This document shows positions 20,916-30,673 of a stretch of DNA of 64,000 bases, piece after piece. How positions within the stretch are numbered: position 1 is the first letter of the stretch; each line of letters starts with the position of its first letter. Position numbers and translations under genes: made by a program. The stretch is taken from contig JABJMO010000064.1 of the NCBI GenBank assembly GCA_018659375.1, positions 3,876 to 67,875 on the forward strand, given 5' to 3'. The DNA comes from Methanobacteriota archaeon (GTDB lineage Archaea; Thermoplasmatota; Poseidoniia; Poseidoniales; Poseidoniaceae). A model generated the notes under the pieces. That model saw only the letters and a program-made list of their open reading frames with translations, was not told where the DNA came from and searched no databases.

Positions 20916-21245
20916 ATGAAAACAACCAGAATCCGTGAAAAGATAAAGAAATTTTTAGGCGACCGACCCCGAAACACTGCGGAGATTTTGGAACACATCA
21001 ATAGCACAATGCGCCATGGAACCACCAGTCAGCAACTTGGTAATGTACTATCAAAGGACAAAGACATTGTCAAAGTCGGCTACATCAAGCGATCTGGAAT
21101 ACTCTCAGGCGGCTACGACATCTGCGAATGGGCAACAAGAATATGGGTTTCTTCAAACTGCCCTGGGTGGGAAGAAGGCACACCAATTATTATTGACCAA
21201 GAAGGCAATGTAACAACTGGCTCCCCGCCAGAAAATAAATACTGA
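20916..21245 (+). CDS. DUF3860-like small wHTH DNA-binding protein
   Basis: PRNTAEILEHINSTMRHGTTSQQLGNVLSKD motif, recognised from Thermoplasmata/MGII proteins. Confidence 0.7.
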   Translation: MKTTRIREKIKKFLGDRPRNTAEILEHINSTMRHGTTSQQLGNVLSKDKDIVKVGYIKRSGILSGGYDICEWATRIWVSSNCPGWEEGTPIIIDQEGNVTTGSPPENKY

Positions 21246-21247
21246 TT

Positions 21248-22297
21248 TTAACCAGTCAGTATTCTATGAAAATGGTGTACACCCATCTCCATTTTTGGAG
21301 AGTAGCGCCCCCTATCATACAAACTTGATTTCATCCCTCTAAAACAAGCTTCAACTATCTCTTGGTCTTGTAACTCCACTAAGTCAATATCCCCTCCAGC
21401 ACCTAAACCAACTTTGGTTTGGTCTACAACCAAACCGTGATATTGTACAATAGTCTTACCACATCCATTTGGATTAACAAGATTTATCGATAAACCCCAA
21501 GGATAAAAATTGAGCATTAGGTTCGGAAATAGCCACCAGTAATATGCGGCGATTGATTTCCCATAATCTACATGACTCTCCGGCAAGTCAAATTTTGCCT
21601 CACCCTCTTTAGCAAATCCGATCTGTAGCACACCATTATCGAATAATTGTGTTTCATAAGATGAATAGTCTAGTACTGAATTAAGTTCGGTGTGAACGAA
21701 TGGTATGTGAAACCCTTCCAGAAAATTATCAACATATAACATCCAATTAGTGTCAAGATGATGGGTTTTGTCAAGTTTTGAGTCAAATTGGAAATCTTCA
21801 ATATTAAGGAAATTCATTCTGTCTTCAACAACTGAAATGAATGATTCAAATGAATTATCATTTTCTAAATTGGCAAATAGTAGACCCTGCCAATTTTTTA
21901 CTTTGCTAGAAGGCAAGTCATCTGAACTTGATGGGAAATTTTTTGCTTGATCAAACTCTGGCATATACTTTAGTTTCCCACAAAGATTGAATGTCCTTCC
22001 ATGATATGGGCATTTTATTGTTCGACGATTAGTTGAAACTTCTGACAAAATCATACCCCGATGAGTACAAACATTAGATAGACAGTGAAATTCACCAGAT
22101 TCATCTTTTGTAAGCATCATTGGATTATTACCGATTGAAACTGGTATAGTCGTTGAATGTTCCAGCATGGATACATGCCCAACAAAATTCCAAGTCGTAA
22201 AGAATTTCCCTAGTAGTGAATTGTATAACGATTCATCTGTATAGTAGTTCGAAGGTAATGTTTTGGCTTTGGCAATTTCTGGATGAATCACATCCAT
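21248..22297 (-). CDS. Rieske non-heme iron oxygenase alpha subunit (choline monooxygenase / aromatic ring-hydroxylating family)
   Basis: Rieske NVCTHRG..CPYHG; mononuclear Fe DNFLEGFHIPFVH; QD..IVE; E.GVHHFH. Confidence 0.9.
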   Translation of the reverse strand: MDVIHPEIAKAKTLPSNYYTDESLYNSLLGKFFTTWNFVGHVSMLEHSTTIPVSIGNNPMMLTKDESGEFHCLSNVCTHRGMILSEVSTNRRTIKCPYHGRTFNLCGKLKYMPEFDQAKNFPSSSDDLPSSKVKNWQGLLFANLENDNSFESFISVVEDRMNFLNIEDFQFDSKLDKTHHLDTNWMLYVDNFLEGFHIPFVHTELNSVLDYSSYETQLFDNGVLQIGFAKEGEAKFDLPESHVDYGKSIAAYYWWLFPNLMLNFYPWGLSINLVNPNGCGKTIVQYHGLVVDQTKVGLGAGGDIDLVELQDQEIVEACFRGMKSSLYDRGRYSPKMEMGVHHFHRILTG

Positions 22298-22308
22298 AAT
22301 ATCACCAT

Positions 22309-23232
22309 TCAAGAGTGGTAAATCGCCATGGCGTCTTCAACAGACGCTCCTTGACAGATAATTGCGTGAGATGCTGCCGCCATTTTTACTGCTTCTTTGG
22401 TATCCTTTTGATGAATATTTCTGCCGGTGGCTGCACCTCGGCAATTACCAATATTCATTTGCTGCCACAAACGTTCTAGGAACTCATCAGCAGGTAATGT
22501 CCCACCACCTGAACAAATAATACCAGTGCGTCCTGCGGCTTCAACGGCAATTGCTAGTGACTCCGAACGAGACATACCCTCAAATTCAGCTGGATAATTT
22601 ACTTTGGCAAAGTCGGCCCCAATGCATGCCGCTACCCCTGCTGCACCTGAAATCAATTGTGGGTCTTTTTCATTGCCCACTGCAGCACCTCTTGGATACA
22701 TCCAAACAACTGAAATCATGCCAAGTTCGTGTGCTTGGCGAATTAATTGTGCAGCCTCAGACATCATTTCATGCTCGTACTCACTACCGATATAAATTGT
22801 ATAACCGATACCAACCACATTTATTCCATTGTGAACCAAAGACATGACATCATCCATATCCCAAAGTGCTTGAGATACTGGATCTCTTTGTTTAGTTTTA
22901 ACTAAATGAGATTTTGAATTCAACTTGACAAGGTAAGGGATGTCTGGATAATCTCTCGCATATTGAGCAATTAATCCAAGTTGACCTGCAAGTACTCCAA
23001 TAGTTCCTTCCTGATGACATTGATTGCCGATCTCAAATAGATGTGCAGGGTCGTTAGAAGATAGTGGTATTTTTTGACCCCCATCGTAAAAATCGTCATT
23101 GAGATGTTCAATTTTTTGGTCGCAGGCAAATAAGTTCATTCTTCCTGTGCCAGCAGTTGCAGCATCCATATTATCAATGAATGTGTCAATAAGTTCGTCT
23201 GGAACATCTGCTGGAACATTGTATTTTACCAT
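22309..23232 (-). CDS. Class I (DhnA/FbaB-type) fructose-bisphosphate aldolase
   Basis: DQKIEH, VKLN, WMYPRG, GADFAKVNYP (Schiff-base Lys), GRNIHQ. Confidence 0.85.
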   Translation of the reverse strand: MVKYNVPADVPDELIDTFIDNMDAATAGTGRMNLFACDQKIEHLNDDFYDGGQKIPLSSNDPAHLFEIGNQCHQEGTIGVLAGQLGLIAQYARDYPDIPYLVKLNSKSHLVKTKQRDPVSQALWDMDDVMSLVHNGINVVGIGYTIYIGSEYEHEMMSEAAQLIRQAHELGMISVVWMYPRGAAVGNEKDPQLISGAAGVAACIGADFAKVNYPAEFEGMSRSESLAIAVEAAGRTGIICSGGGTLPADEFLERLWQQMNIGNCRGAATGRNIHQKDTKEAVKMAAASHAIICQGASVEDAMAIYHS

Positions 23233-23249
23233 CTCTAACACCGTGTAGA

Positions 23250-24116
23250 TTAGTTGCCAGTAAAGTTAGCTACACGCTTTTCGACATATGCAGCTATTCC
23301 TTCTTTTGCGTCAGTGCTGTTAAACAGTGATGCTTGTAATTCTCTTTCTAATGCAAGATGATACTCGAATGGAATTTCTGGACCCGTTTGTACGGACCTC
23401 TTGATATTTCCAACAGCCTTAACAGCCTTATTTGGCAGAGTAAATTGAGTGCACCAATCGAGCACATCTCTTCTGAAATCTTCTGCTGAGCCTTCCCAAA
23501 TGTGATTGATTAGGTTACAGGATTCTGCATCCTCAAAAGACATCAGTTCACCAGTTACCATCATTTCAAGCGCCTTTGCTTTACCAATTAGTCTAGTTAG
23601 TCTTGCAGTACCACCTGTACCTGCTAGCACACCAAGATTTATTTCAGGTAGTCCAACCTTACCAGCGTTCTTTCTAGCAATTCGAATATCTGCTGCCATG
23701 GCAATTTCCAGTCCTCCACCAACGGCGTGACCGTTGATAGCACAAACAACTAGCTTAGAGGTTTGCTCAAATCTTGAAAGAGTTTCATTGGCGTGAAGAC
23801 AAAAGTTGTACTTGAAACCAGGTGTTACGGAGTTAAGCATCTGAATTGATGCACCAGCAGAAAAGAAAGATGCGCCGTTGCCCGTTAGGACAATACAAGT
23901 AACATCGTCATTGAATCTCGCTTTAACGACAGCCTCATCAATATCCCTCATCATTTCATGAGTGTAGGTGTTTGGCGAGCGGTCATTAGGTCCATCCAAT
24001 GGTTCTCCAGCAGAATTTGATGACAATTCAATTACTGCAATCCCGTTATTTGTGACTCCATAATTGACCAGTTTGTTTGGCATTGGCTCAAGTTTTAATC
24101 CATAAAGGTCGCTCAT
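23250..24116 (-). CDS. Crotonase-family protein resembling the N-terminal domain of BoxC (2,3-epoxybenzoyl-CoA dihydrolase)
   Basis: FFSAGASIQML..FKYNFCLHANET parallels BoxC FCSGANIFML..WKVNFCKFTNET (recalled); GGGLEIAMA, GLPE. Confidence 0.75.
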   Translation of the reverse strand: MSDLYGLKLEPMPNKLVNYGVTNNGIAVIELSSNSAGEPLDGPNDRSPNTYTHEMMRDIDEAVVKARFNDDVTCIVLTGNGASFFSAGASIQMLNSVTPGFKYNFCLHANETLSRFEQTSKLVVCAINGHAVGGGLEIAMAADIRIARKNAGKVGLPEINLGVLAGTGGTARLTRLIGKAKALEMMVTGELMSFEDAESCNLINHIWEGSAEDFRRDVLDWCTQFTLPNKAVKAVGNIKRSVQTGPEIPFEYHLALERELQASLFNSTDAKEGIAAYVEKRVANFTGN

Positions 24117-24156
24117 GTGTCCTGCGAGAATGACTAGCATTATGAATAAATCGCAT

Positions 24157-25410
24157 TCAACTTTCTGGCAAGGATACCTTATCTGAATCTTTAGCGAATG
24201 AAGTTTTTCCACCGCTTTTACGTACACCATTCCACTGACTTTTCACTGCCATTGCCGCCTCAGAAGGCTCCCAATCATCTCTTTTTAGTGACTTTCTAAA
24301 TGGCATTCTTCTAACGCCTCGACCCATTGATTTGGGATCTTTTTTCAACATAAACGGGTTTACAAATCGGTAGAGAATACTCTTGAACAAAGTTGGCCGG
24401 AATAGCTTTCCAATCCAAACCAAACCATCGTTGCGCTTTTTTTGGTCTTTCATCCAGCTCTTGCACATCATTTTGAAGGTTCTGTCACCTACTCTGTTCA
24501 TCAGCCAGCGATTAGCAACACTAGTCTTGACGTAAGGAAGCAATTGTTTTCTAACCTCTTGTTCATAATCACACTCGCCTAGAATATCCTTGGCTGCTAA
24601 TACTCCTGACCAAATAGCCATACGCATACCAAAGCCCCACATGAAGTCCTGCAAGCCGCCCGATTCACCGACATAATATCTGCCATCCTGCAGATAATTA
24701 GCATTAATCGTAAAATCTCCTTTACCGCCAACTCTCTTAATTGGTTGGCGATTAAGTTCAGGGTAGTGCTTATCGTACCAAGCAATGGTTTCGTTAAGAA
24801 ACCGGTCACTTTTTTTCTGCTTGCGCCACAAGCAGGTGCAAATCAATCCTATGCCATCGATAACAATCAGATATGAGTATGCACCTGGGGCAAGTTTGTC
24901 ATTCAATTGGAATGCTATATGATTAGGGTGGTCTGTGTGAAATATTTCACCATATGCAACTGCTGATGTCCCTTTAGGCCCACAAGCGATTATTTGACAA
25001 TCTTCCTCTTTCACTTTAGTTTTGTAATGTATCTTGGCACCAGCAGCTAAGGCTTGACGTTTGATTCCTTGGTCAATAGTGTGGCTTGATGTCCCTCGCT
25101 CAACGATTCGGTAAGAAACTTTGGGACTTCTTGCCTGAGTTATTTCATCGTCGGGATGGATAAGGTCGACTTCGGTGAATTCTGTAGCTTTAAATTCAGA
25201 TGTATCAAAGCCCCATTGTGTCAATTGGTCAAAGAAATCAACATCCATACTCCAATTTTCTAAGGCTTGGAAGTCTCCATCAAATCGAGCACCAGAATCG
25301 TCCCTAATATCATGGACATGAACTTCATGTCCTGCTTTTGCCAGAATTGTTGCTGCTGCTAAACCTGAAAGGCCCGCTCCCATGATATTGATGGGACTTC
25401 GCTCCGCCAT
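24157..25410 (-). CDS. FAD-dependent oxidoreductase (geranylgeranyl-reductase-like)
   Basis: GAGLSGLAAA Rossmann motif; APGAYSY; VGESGGLQDFMWGFGM. Confidence 0.75.
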   Translation of the reverse strand: MAERSPINIMGAGLSGLAAATILAKAGHEVHVHDIRDDSGARFDGDFQALENWSMDVDFFDQLTQWGFDTSEFKATEFTEVDLIHPDDEITQARSPKVSYRIVERGTSSHTIDQGIKRQALAAGAKIHYKTKVKEEDCQIIACGPKGTSAVAYGEIFHTDHPNHIAFQLNDKLAPGAYSYLIVIDGIGLICTCLWRKQKKSDRFLNETIAWYDKHYPELNRQPIKRVGGKGDFTINANYLQDGRYYVGESGGLQDFMWGFGMRMAIWSGVLAAKDILGECDYEQEVRKQLLPYVKTSVANRWLMNRVGDRTFKMMCKSWMKDQKKRNDGLVWIGKLFRPTLFKSILYRFVNPFMLKKDPKSMGRGVRRMPFRKSLKRDDWEPSEAAMAVKSQWNGVRKSGGKTSFAKDSDKVSLPES

Positions 25411-25483
25411 GTACACGGTAACGAGGCGAGAGGTTTGAATGATGCGTTTCCCTCGCTTCACCATGGGCGGAGATATTTTCATC

Positions 25484-25888
25484 ATGGAAGCCCAAAAAAA
25501 TCTAGATCACCAAGGTCTGCTAGATAAGTTAGATTTATCCGGCTGCGGTGCTGTAGTGTCATTTTTAGGCATTACTAGGGGGCATGATGATGGCGTAGAG
25601 ATATATCGTTTAGAATTCGACGCCTGGCAAGATAAGCTCGGCAATGTTCTACATCAATTAGCCGTAACTGCAATCGAAAAATTTGGTATCGCCAAAGTTG
25701 CAATGGCGCATCGCACCGGTCCAGTAAATGTGTCAGAAAATATTGTCTCAATACATGTTGCCAGCCCCCATAGGAAGCAGGCCTTTCAAGCGTGTGAATG
25801 GTTGATAGATGAACTAAAAATTCAAGCACCAATATGGAAAAAAGAAGTTTCCGAACATGGTGAAAAATGGAAAGCAGGATTGGGGTGA
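25484..25888 (+). CDS. moaE: Molybdopterin synthase catalytic subunit
   Basis: GAVVSFLGITR, HRTG, SPHRK.AF, K..APIWKKE. Confidence 0.92.
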   Translation: MEAQKNLDHQGLLDKLDLSGCGAVVSFLGITRGHDDGVEIYRLEFDAWQDKLGNVLHQLAVTAIEKFGIAKVAMAHRTGPVNVSENIVSIHVASPHRKQAFQACEWLIDELKIQAPIWKKEVSEHGEKWKAGLG

Positions 25889-25892
25889 AATT

Positions 25893-26342
25893 GTGGAGAA
25901 AAATATTAGAGCAGTCGTTGACATAACTGAAAAGTTGATAATTAAGAGAACAGCAAAGGCGACTGGACTTCTCAAAATATCGAAAGCTGCTCGAACTGCG
26001 ATTAATAATGATGAGGTCAAAAAGGGCAACGTCATAGAAGCCTCAACTATTGCTGCAATACAAGCGGTAAAAGAAACTCCAAGGATAATTCCCCATTGCC
26101 ACCCAGTACCACTAGAGGGTTGTGATGTTAACTGGAACCTAGATGAAGATGGTCTTCGCTGTGATGTTAGCGTTGTAGCACACTACAAAACAGGCATTGA
26201 GATGGAAGCAATAACCGGAGTGTGTGCTGGCCTATTATGTGCTCTTGACATGATAAAATCATTTGAAAAAGATTCTACAGGACAGTATCCTAATACTGAA
26301 ATTTGTGGTGTAAGAATAATTGAAAAAGTGAAATCAAGTTAA
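25893..26342 (+). CDS. moaC: Cyclic pyranopterin monophosphate synthase
   Basis: VDITEK, KKGNV, IPHCHP, TGIEMEA; GTG start after GGGGTGA. Confidence 0.92.
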   Translation: MEKNIRAVVDITEKLIIKRTAKATGLLKISKAARTAINNDEVKKGNVIEASTIAAIQAVKETPRIIPHCHPVPLEGCDVNWNLDEDGLRCDVSVVAHYKTGIEMEAITGVCAGLLCALDMIKSFEKDSTGQYPNTEICGVRIIEKVKSS

Positions 26343-26390
26343 TTAAAATTGACCGCATCATTCATTGGATGGTCATTACCATAGTGATAC

Positions 26391-27347
26391 ATGGGCAAGG
26401 TATCTGACCTATCTAACCACTTTCTCGACGCCGTGGACATGGCCGCAATAGCAAGTGCAAAATGGCGCGGAAAGGGTGACAAAATGGCTGCTGATGATGC
26501 GGCTGTAGAGGCGATGAGGAGTACTTTTGACAAGGTACCATTCGATGGTCGAGTCGCCATTGGTGAAGGTGAAAGAGATGAAGCACCGATGCTCTTTATT
26601 GGTGAACAACTTGGTTCTGAAATAGGCAATCCACTAGTACCGGCTATCGACATAGCTGTCGACCCGCTTGAATGTACCAATAATTGTGCAGATAACCTAC
26701 CTAATTCAATTGCAGTCCTAGCCGCAGCACCAAGAGGAACTCTGCTCCATGCCCCAGATTGTTACATGGATAAAATTGCCGCTGGGCCAGAGATGGAAGG
26801 CCACATTAGTCTTGATGCAGGGGTTGCATACAACATCGAACAAGTCGCATCTGTGCTAGATAAACCAATTGAAGAAGTTCGTATTATTGCGCTAGATAGA
26901 AAGCGCCATAATGACCTATTCAAGGAGATTAAACAAGTTGGAGCACAACTGCACTTACTTGGAGACGGTGACATCTCGGCTGCGCTATGGGCTGCTAGGC
27001 CAGATGGGGAACATGATATGCTGCTAGGCATCGGAGCCGCACCAGAAGGAGTAATCACTGCAACTGCAATACGTGGAATTGGCGGTGTTTTTGAAGGCCG
27101 ATTAGTGTTTAGATCTGATGAAGAAGAAGCCCGTGCCGAACAAATGATAGATGATGATTTAACCAGGCTTTGGGATGCTAAAGATTTATGTCGCTCAGAT
27201 GACGCAATATTCGTAGCCTCTGGAGTTTGTGATGGCTACCTACCGGGTGTGAAAATTTTGGAAAACGGCGACATGCACACCTATGCAGAACTAATTGATG
27301 TACAAGCAGGCACTTTGACAAGGCATGACCGTATTCACAAACAGTGA
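26391..27347 (+). CDS. glpX: Class II fructose-1,6-bisphosphatase
   Basis: IGEGERDEAPML, DIAVDPLECT, APDCYMDK, DGD, GAAPEGV. Confidence 0.93.
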   Translation: MGKVSDLSNHFLDAVDMAAIASAKWRGKGDKMAADDAAVEAMRSTFDKVPFDGRVAIGEGERDEAPMLFIGEQLGSEIGNPLVPAIDIAVDPLECTNNCADNLPNSIAVLAAAPRGTLLHAPDCYMDKIAAGPEMEGHISLDAGVAYNIEQVASVLDKPIEEVRIIALDRKRHNDLFKEIKQVGAQLHLLGDGDISAALWAARPDGEHDMLLGIGAAPEGVITATAIRGIGGVFEGRLVFRSDEEEARAEQMIDDDLTRLWDAKDLCRSDDAIFVASGVCDGYLPGVKILENGDMHTYAELIDVQAGTLTRHDRIHKQ

Positions 27348-27351
27348 TTAT

Positions 27352-27963
27352 ATGTCGCAAATAGTAAGAATTGAAGTTCGATTACCGGATGGACATTGGG
27401 CTGGCGAAGCTACCCGGGAAAACCCATCCTCCACATTACAGATAATCGAAACCATGCCTCTTGGCAAGGGGAGAGGAACAGCTCAAATTAGTACTGATGA
27501 ACTATTACTAAACCAATTAGAGCATTTATCTAGCGTGGAGTCCGTCAATTTACTTGACGGTAACAAGGCTACAGTGACAATAGCCAGCGGTGGTGGTGGA
27601 TTTATCAAAGCCTTACGCGTTGTTGGCGTAGTCCCAAGAACTCCTTTTGAAGTGATAGATGGGTGGGCTGACTGGACAATACAGTGTTCACCCAGTCAAG
27701 CTAAACAATTAGTCGAGGAAATAAATTCAGACGAGATACCTATGCGTTTGAAGTCAACTCGCTCAAGTGATGATAAACTACTAACTGCAAGACAAACACA
27801 GATTTTTGAATTGGCCAAACGCAGAGGATACTGGAACATACCTAGAGAAATTTCAATCACTCAGTTAGCCGAAATAACCGGTTCCTCCAAATCTACAATC
27901 TCAGTTATGCTTCATGCTATCGAAAGTAAAATAGTGGACACATTTTATGACGAAATTATATAG
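27352..27963 (+). CDS. Archaeal transcription regulator with C-terminal HTH_10 (Bat-type) domain
   Basis: LTARQ..FELA..GYWNIPREISITQLAE..G.SKST.S..L...E.KI. Confidence 0.85.
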   Translation: MSQIVRIEVRLPDGHWAGEATRENPSSTLQIIETMPLGKGRGTAQISTDELLLNQLEHLSSVESVNLLDGNKATVTIASGGGGFIKALRVVGVVPRTPFEVIDGWADWTIQCSPSQAKQLVEEINSDEIPMRLKSTRSSDDKLLTARQTQIFELAKRRGYWNIPREISITQLAEITGSSKSTISVMLHAIESKIVDTFYDEII

Positions 27964-27968
27964 AAATA

Positions 27969-27980
27969 CGAACATGTTCG
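27969..27980. promoter_or_regulatory. Perfect 12-bp palindrome CGAACATGTTCG; candidate operator upstream of the boxB-like gene
   Basis: Seen directly in the 53-bp gap between the regulator and boxB. Confidence 0.45.
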
Positions 27981-28016
27981 CAAAGACAATAAGCAAGACC
28001 CATTCTTGGGAGGGAC

Positions 28017-29177
28017 ATGGACAACCTACCAAACACTTGGGACGAATGGATAACAAATTTTGGCGATTGGCAACAAAGAGTTGGATTCAATCCTGATTGG
28101 TTAGGGGACTTTGAACTCTCAGTTTTGTTTGACTGGGAACGTGCAGGAGATGTAATTGAATTTGGCGACTATGAAGGTCGAGCGAAGTGGGAGAGAGCAC
28201 TTCAGGTACCTCACCAAAGCATGCGAGATGCACTAATTGCGATGATTACTGTTCAAGGAGACACAGAATTTGCATCTGTTGAACAGCAGAGACATCTACT
28301 CGCATCAGCACCCACTGATTACGACAGATATGCTGCTGCTAGAATCATGGCTGAAGAACAGCGCCATGGATGGCAAATGGCCTATCTATTGATGACATAT
28401 TTTGGCCAGCAAGGACGTAGAGAGGCTCAAAAACTACTAGAAAGGAATGCCCAAGACGGCGACCGATTACTTGGTGCTTTCAACCGTCCAATGCCACATT
28501 GGCTCGACTTCTTCTGTTACACTATGTTTGTTGATCGTGACGGTAAATTTCAACTCGGAATGCTATCGACTTCTGCATTCAAACCTCTTGCTGCTTCAAT
28601 GGGACCAATGCTCAAGGAAGAATCATTCCACCTGGGAACTGGTTCCAATGGCCTTAGGAGAATCATCAAGGCTGGTGTTATACCGCTAGATATGCTTCAA
28701 AGGTACATCAATAAATGGGTATCGACCGCTCATGACCTGTTTGGTGTCGATGCTTCATCATCCGCTCATTGGGCGTATGTATGGGGAGTCAAAGGACGCT
28801 GGGACGAACGTAAAAAGCAGGATGCTGGAATTGAGGTTAACAAAGAAGTACTCAATGAAGAAGGTCGTGGACATTACCATGATGAGATTGTCAGAGAAGT
28901 TGAGAAACTTTGTGGCTACTTACCAGAGGGTGTTGAGAAATTGTATGTTCCTCACGAAAACTTCAATCGCGACATCGGGGCTGCCAAAGGCAGTAACTTC
29001 AATGTAGACGGAACTCCTTTCCAAGGTAACGACGACGATTGGCAAGCTTATCTACACGAAGTAATGCCTAGGAAACAAGACGAAATAGACCTCAAGGAAT
29101 TATTCAATCAAGAGTGGATTGCTAACAAACCAATGTCTACAAGACAAATCGATTCTGGCATTGGCGCCAGCGCTTGA
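28017..29177 (+). CDS. boxB: BoxB-like diiron aryl-CoA epoxidase (benzoyl-CoA 2,3-epoxidase family)
   Basis: VQGDTEFASVEQQRHL, EEQRH, LLER, RLLGAFN, W.DFF.YT.FVDRDGKFQL, EESFH: BoxB signature with diiron ligands present. Confidence 0.82.
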   Translation: MDNLPNTWDEWITNFGDWQQRVGFNPDWLGDFELSVLFDWERAGDVIEFGDYEGRAKWERALQVPHQSMRDALIAMITVQGDTEFASVEQQRHLLASAPTDYDRYAAARIMAEEQRHGWQMAYLLMTYFGQQGRREAQKLLERNAQDGDRLLGAFNRPMPHWLDFFCYTMFVDRDGKFQLGMLSTSAFKPLAASMGPMLKEESFHLGTGSNGLRRIIKAGVIPLDMLQRYINKWVSTAHDLFGVDASSSAHWAYVWGVKGRWDERKKQDAGIEVNKEVLNEEGRGHYHDEIVREVEKLCGYLPEGVEKLYVPHENFNRDIGAAKGSNFNVDGTPFQGNDDDWQAYLHEVMPRKQDEIDLKELFNQEWIANKPMSTRQIDSGIGASA

Positions 29178-29194
29178 ATCTTTACGGTGGTCAC

Positions 29195-29731
29195 ATGATC
29201 CCAGTCTCGCTGTACGGTATCAACGTCGAAAGATGTGAAAATTTCTATGAACAATTACCCACTTTAGTTGCTGACAGTATTGATGACGAAGATTATTCCA
29301 GAACTTTGTTTGCTATACAAGATAAAGCATCTATGGAACACATTCAGGTCGCAGAAGAATGGTCAAACCGAAAGCCCTTTGCCTTCCCAGAAGAAATAGT
29401 CAACGAGATAGAAATGATTATTCGAACTGTTTCATATCCGGATGTGGCCCTGCTAGAACATTTGCTTACCATTGACGAAATAGACACACAACGAATTTCT
29501 GAATGGATGCATTTTTCAACAAACCTGTACCCAATCTACAGCCAAAAAGCCTGTCAAGCGCTAACAGATTTGGGACTAGAAACCCCGTTCAATCTAGGAG
29601 ACATGGCTAGTTATGGCCTGTACGTCTCGCGCATCGAAGGACTCAAAATGTATGCTCCGGCAAAGGGATTACCGGAAATAGGATTACCTCGATCAAGAAT
29701 GCTCCAATTAGGTTTGGAGCGGTTTGAATGA
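29195..29731 (+). CDS. Hypothetical protein, probably cotranscribed with boxB
   Basis: ORF with GGTGG RBS; ISEWMHF..LYPIYS..ACQAL is weakly reminiscent of HhH-glycosylase-like proteins. Confidence 0.6.
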   Translation: MIPVSLYGINVERCENFYEQLPTLVADSIDDEDYSRTLFAIQDKASMEHIQVAEEWSNRKPFAFPEEIVNEIEMIIRTVSYPDVALLEHLLTIDEIDTQRISEWMHFSTNLYPIYSQKACQALTDLGLETPFNLGDMASYGLYVSRIEGLKMYAPAKGLPEIGLPRSRMLQLGLERFE

Positions 29732-30651
29732 GTAGTTTAGCAATTCATTTAAAATTATTTACAGTTGCAGTAATATGGGGATTTGGTTGGCCTGCAGGCA
29801 GAGTTGTAGCTGGTGACGTTCTACCATTTACCGCATCTTGGATTCGTTATATCATAGCCACATTCTGCTTTTTGGCTTATCTTAAATTTTCAAAGCAGTG
29901 GATGTTGCCAAATAAATCAGAGTGGAAGATATTATTCTTGATTGGGTTTTTCTCAACTTGTGTCTATCAAGCATTCTTTATGTTTGGAATGCAATATACC
30001 GCAGCTGGTGATGCTTCACTCATGATTACCTTCAATCCTATTTTTACTGCAATATTAGCAGTTATATTCCTCAAGGAAAGTATGCATAGAAATTTAATCA
30101 CAGGATTATTGATGGGGATTACCGGGGTTGGAATATTATTTTACTACTCACCCAATGTGGACATAGAGTTTGTCGATCGTGCTATTGGGGACTTGCTGAT
30201 TGCAGGTGCAGCCCTTGCATGGGCTTGTAACACGATTTTAATGAAAAAAGCCATGACTGAACCTAAACATAATTCCACTAAGCCATTAAATCCGCTAGAA
30301 TTAACCGTCTGGTCATCCGTAGCGGGTCTGATATTATTGACTCCAATAATGGCTGCTGAAACTGCCACACGAGGATTTATTTTGCCAAGTCTGGATGGCT
30401 GGATAGGAATAGTGTTTCTAGCAATCTTTTCTACCGTTGTTGCGTATGTGTGGTTCGCTGATGGAATAATCAAGATCGGTGCCTCGATGAGTGCTTTGTA
30501 TGTTTACCTAGTTCCGCCGTTTGGAATCTTGGGAGGATACCTATTGCTTGGTGAAAAACTTGGATTGTCATTAGCATTTGCTTTCGTTCTTATTACCGGT
30601 GGCGTTTTTGTCGCCCAGATAAAAACTAAAAACGACAAGCAAGCATCATGA
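29728..30651 (+). CDS. EamA/DMT-family transporter
   Basis: IWG..W, RY, 10 TM, PIFTAILA..FLKE, LLGEKL. Confidence 0.9.
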   Translation: MSSLAIHLKLFTVAVIWGFGWPAGRVVAGDVLPFTASWIRYIIATFCFLAYLKFSKQWMLPNKSEWKILFLIGFFSTCVYQAFFMFGMQYTAAGDASLMITFNPIFTAILAVIFLKESMHRNLITGLLMGITGVGILFYYSPNVDIEFVDRAIGDLLIAGAALAWACNTILMKKAMTEPKHNSTKPLNPLELTVWSSVAGLILLTPIMAAETATRGFILPSLDGWIGIVFLAIFSTVVAYVWFADGIIKIGASMSALYVYLVPPFGILGGYLLLGEKLGLSLAFAFVLITGGVFVAQIKTKNDKQAS

Positions 30652-30673
30652 AGTTTAACCTATTGGGTTGACC

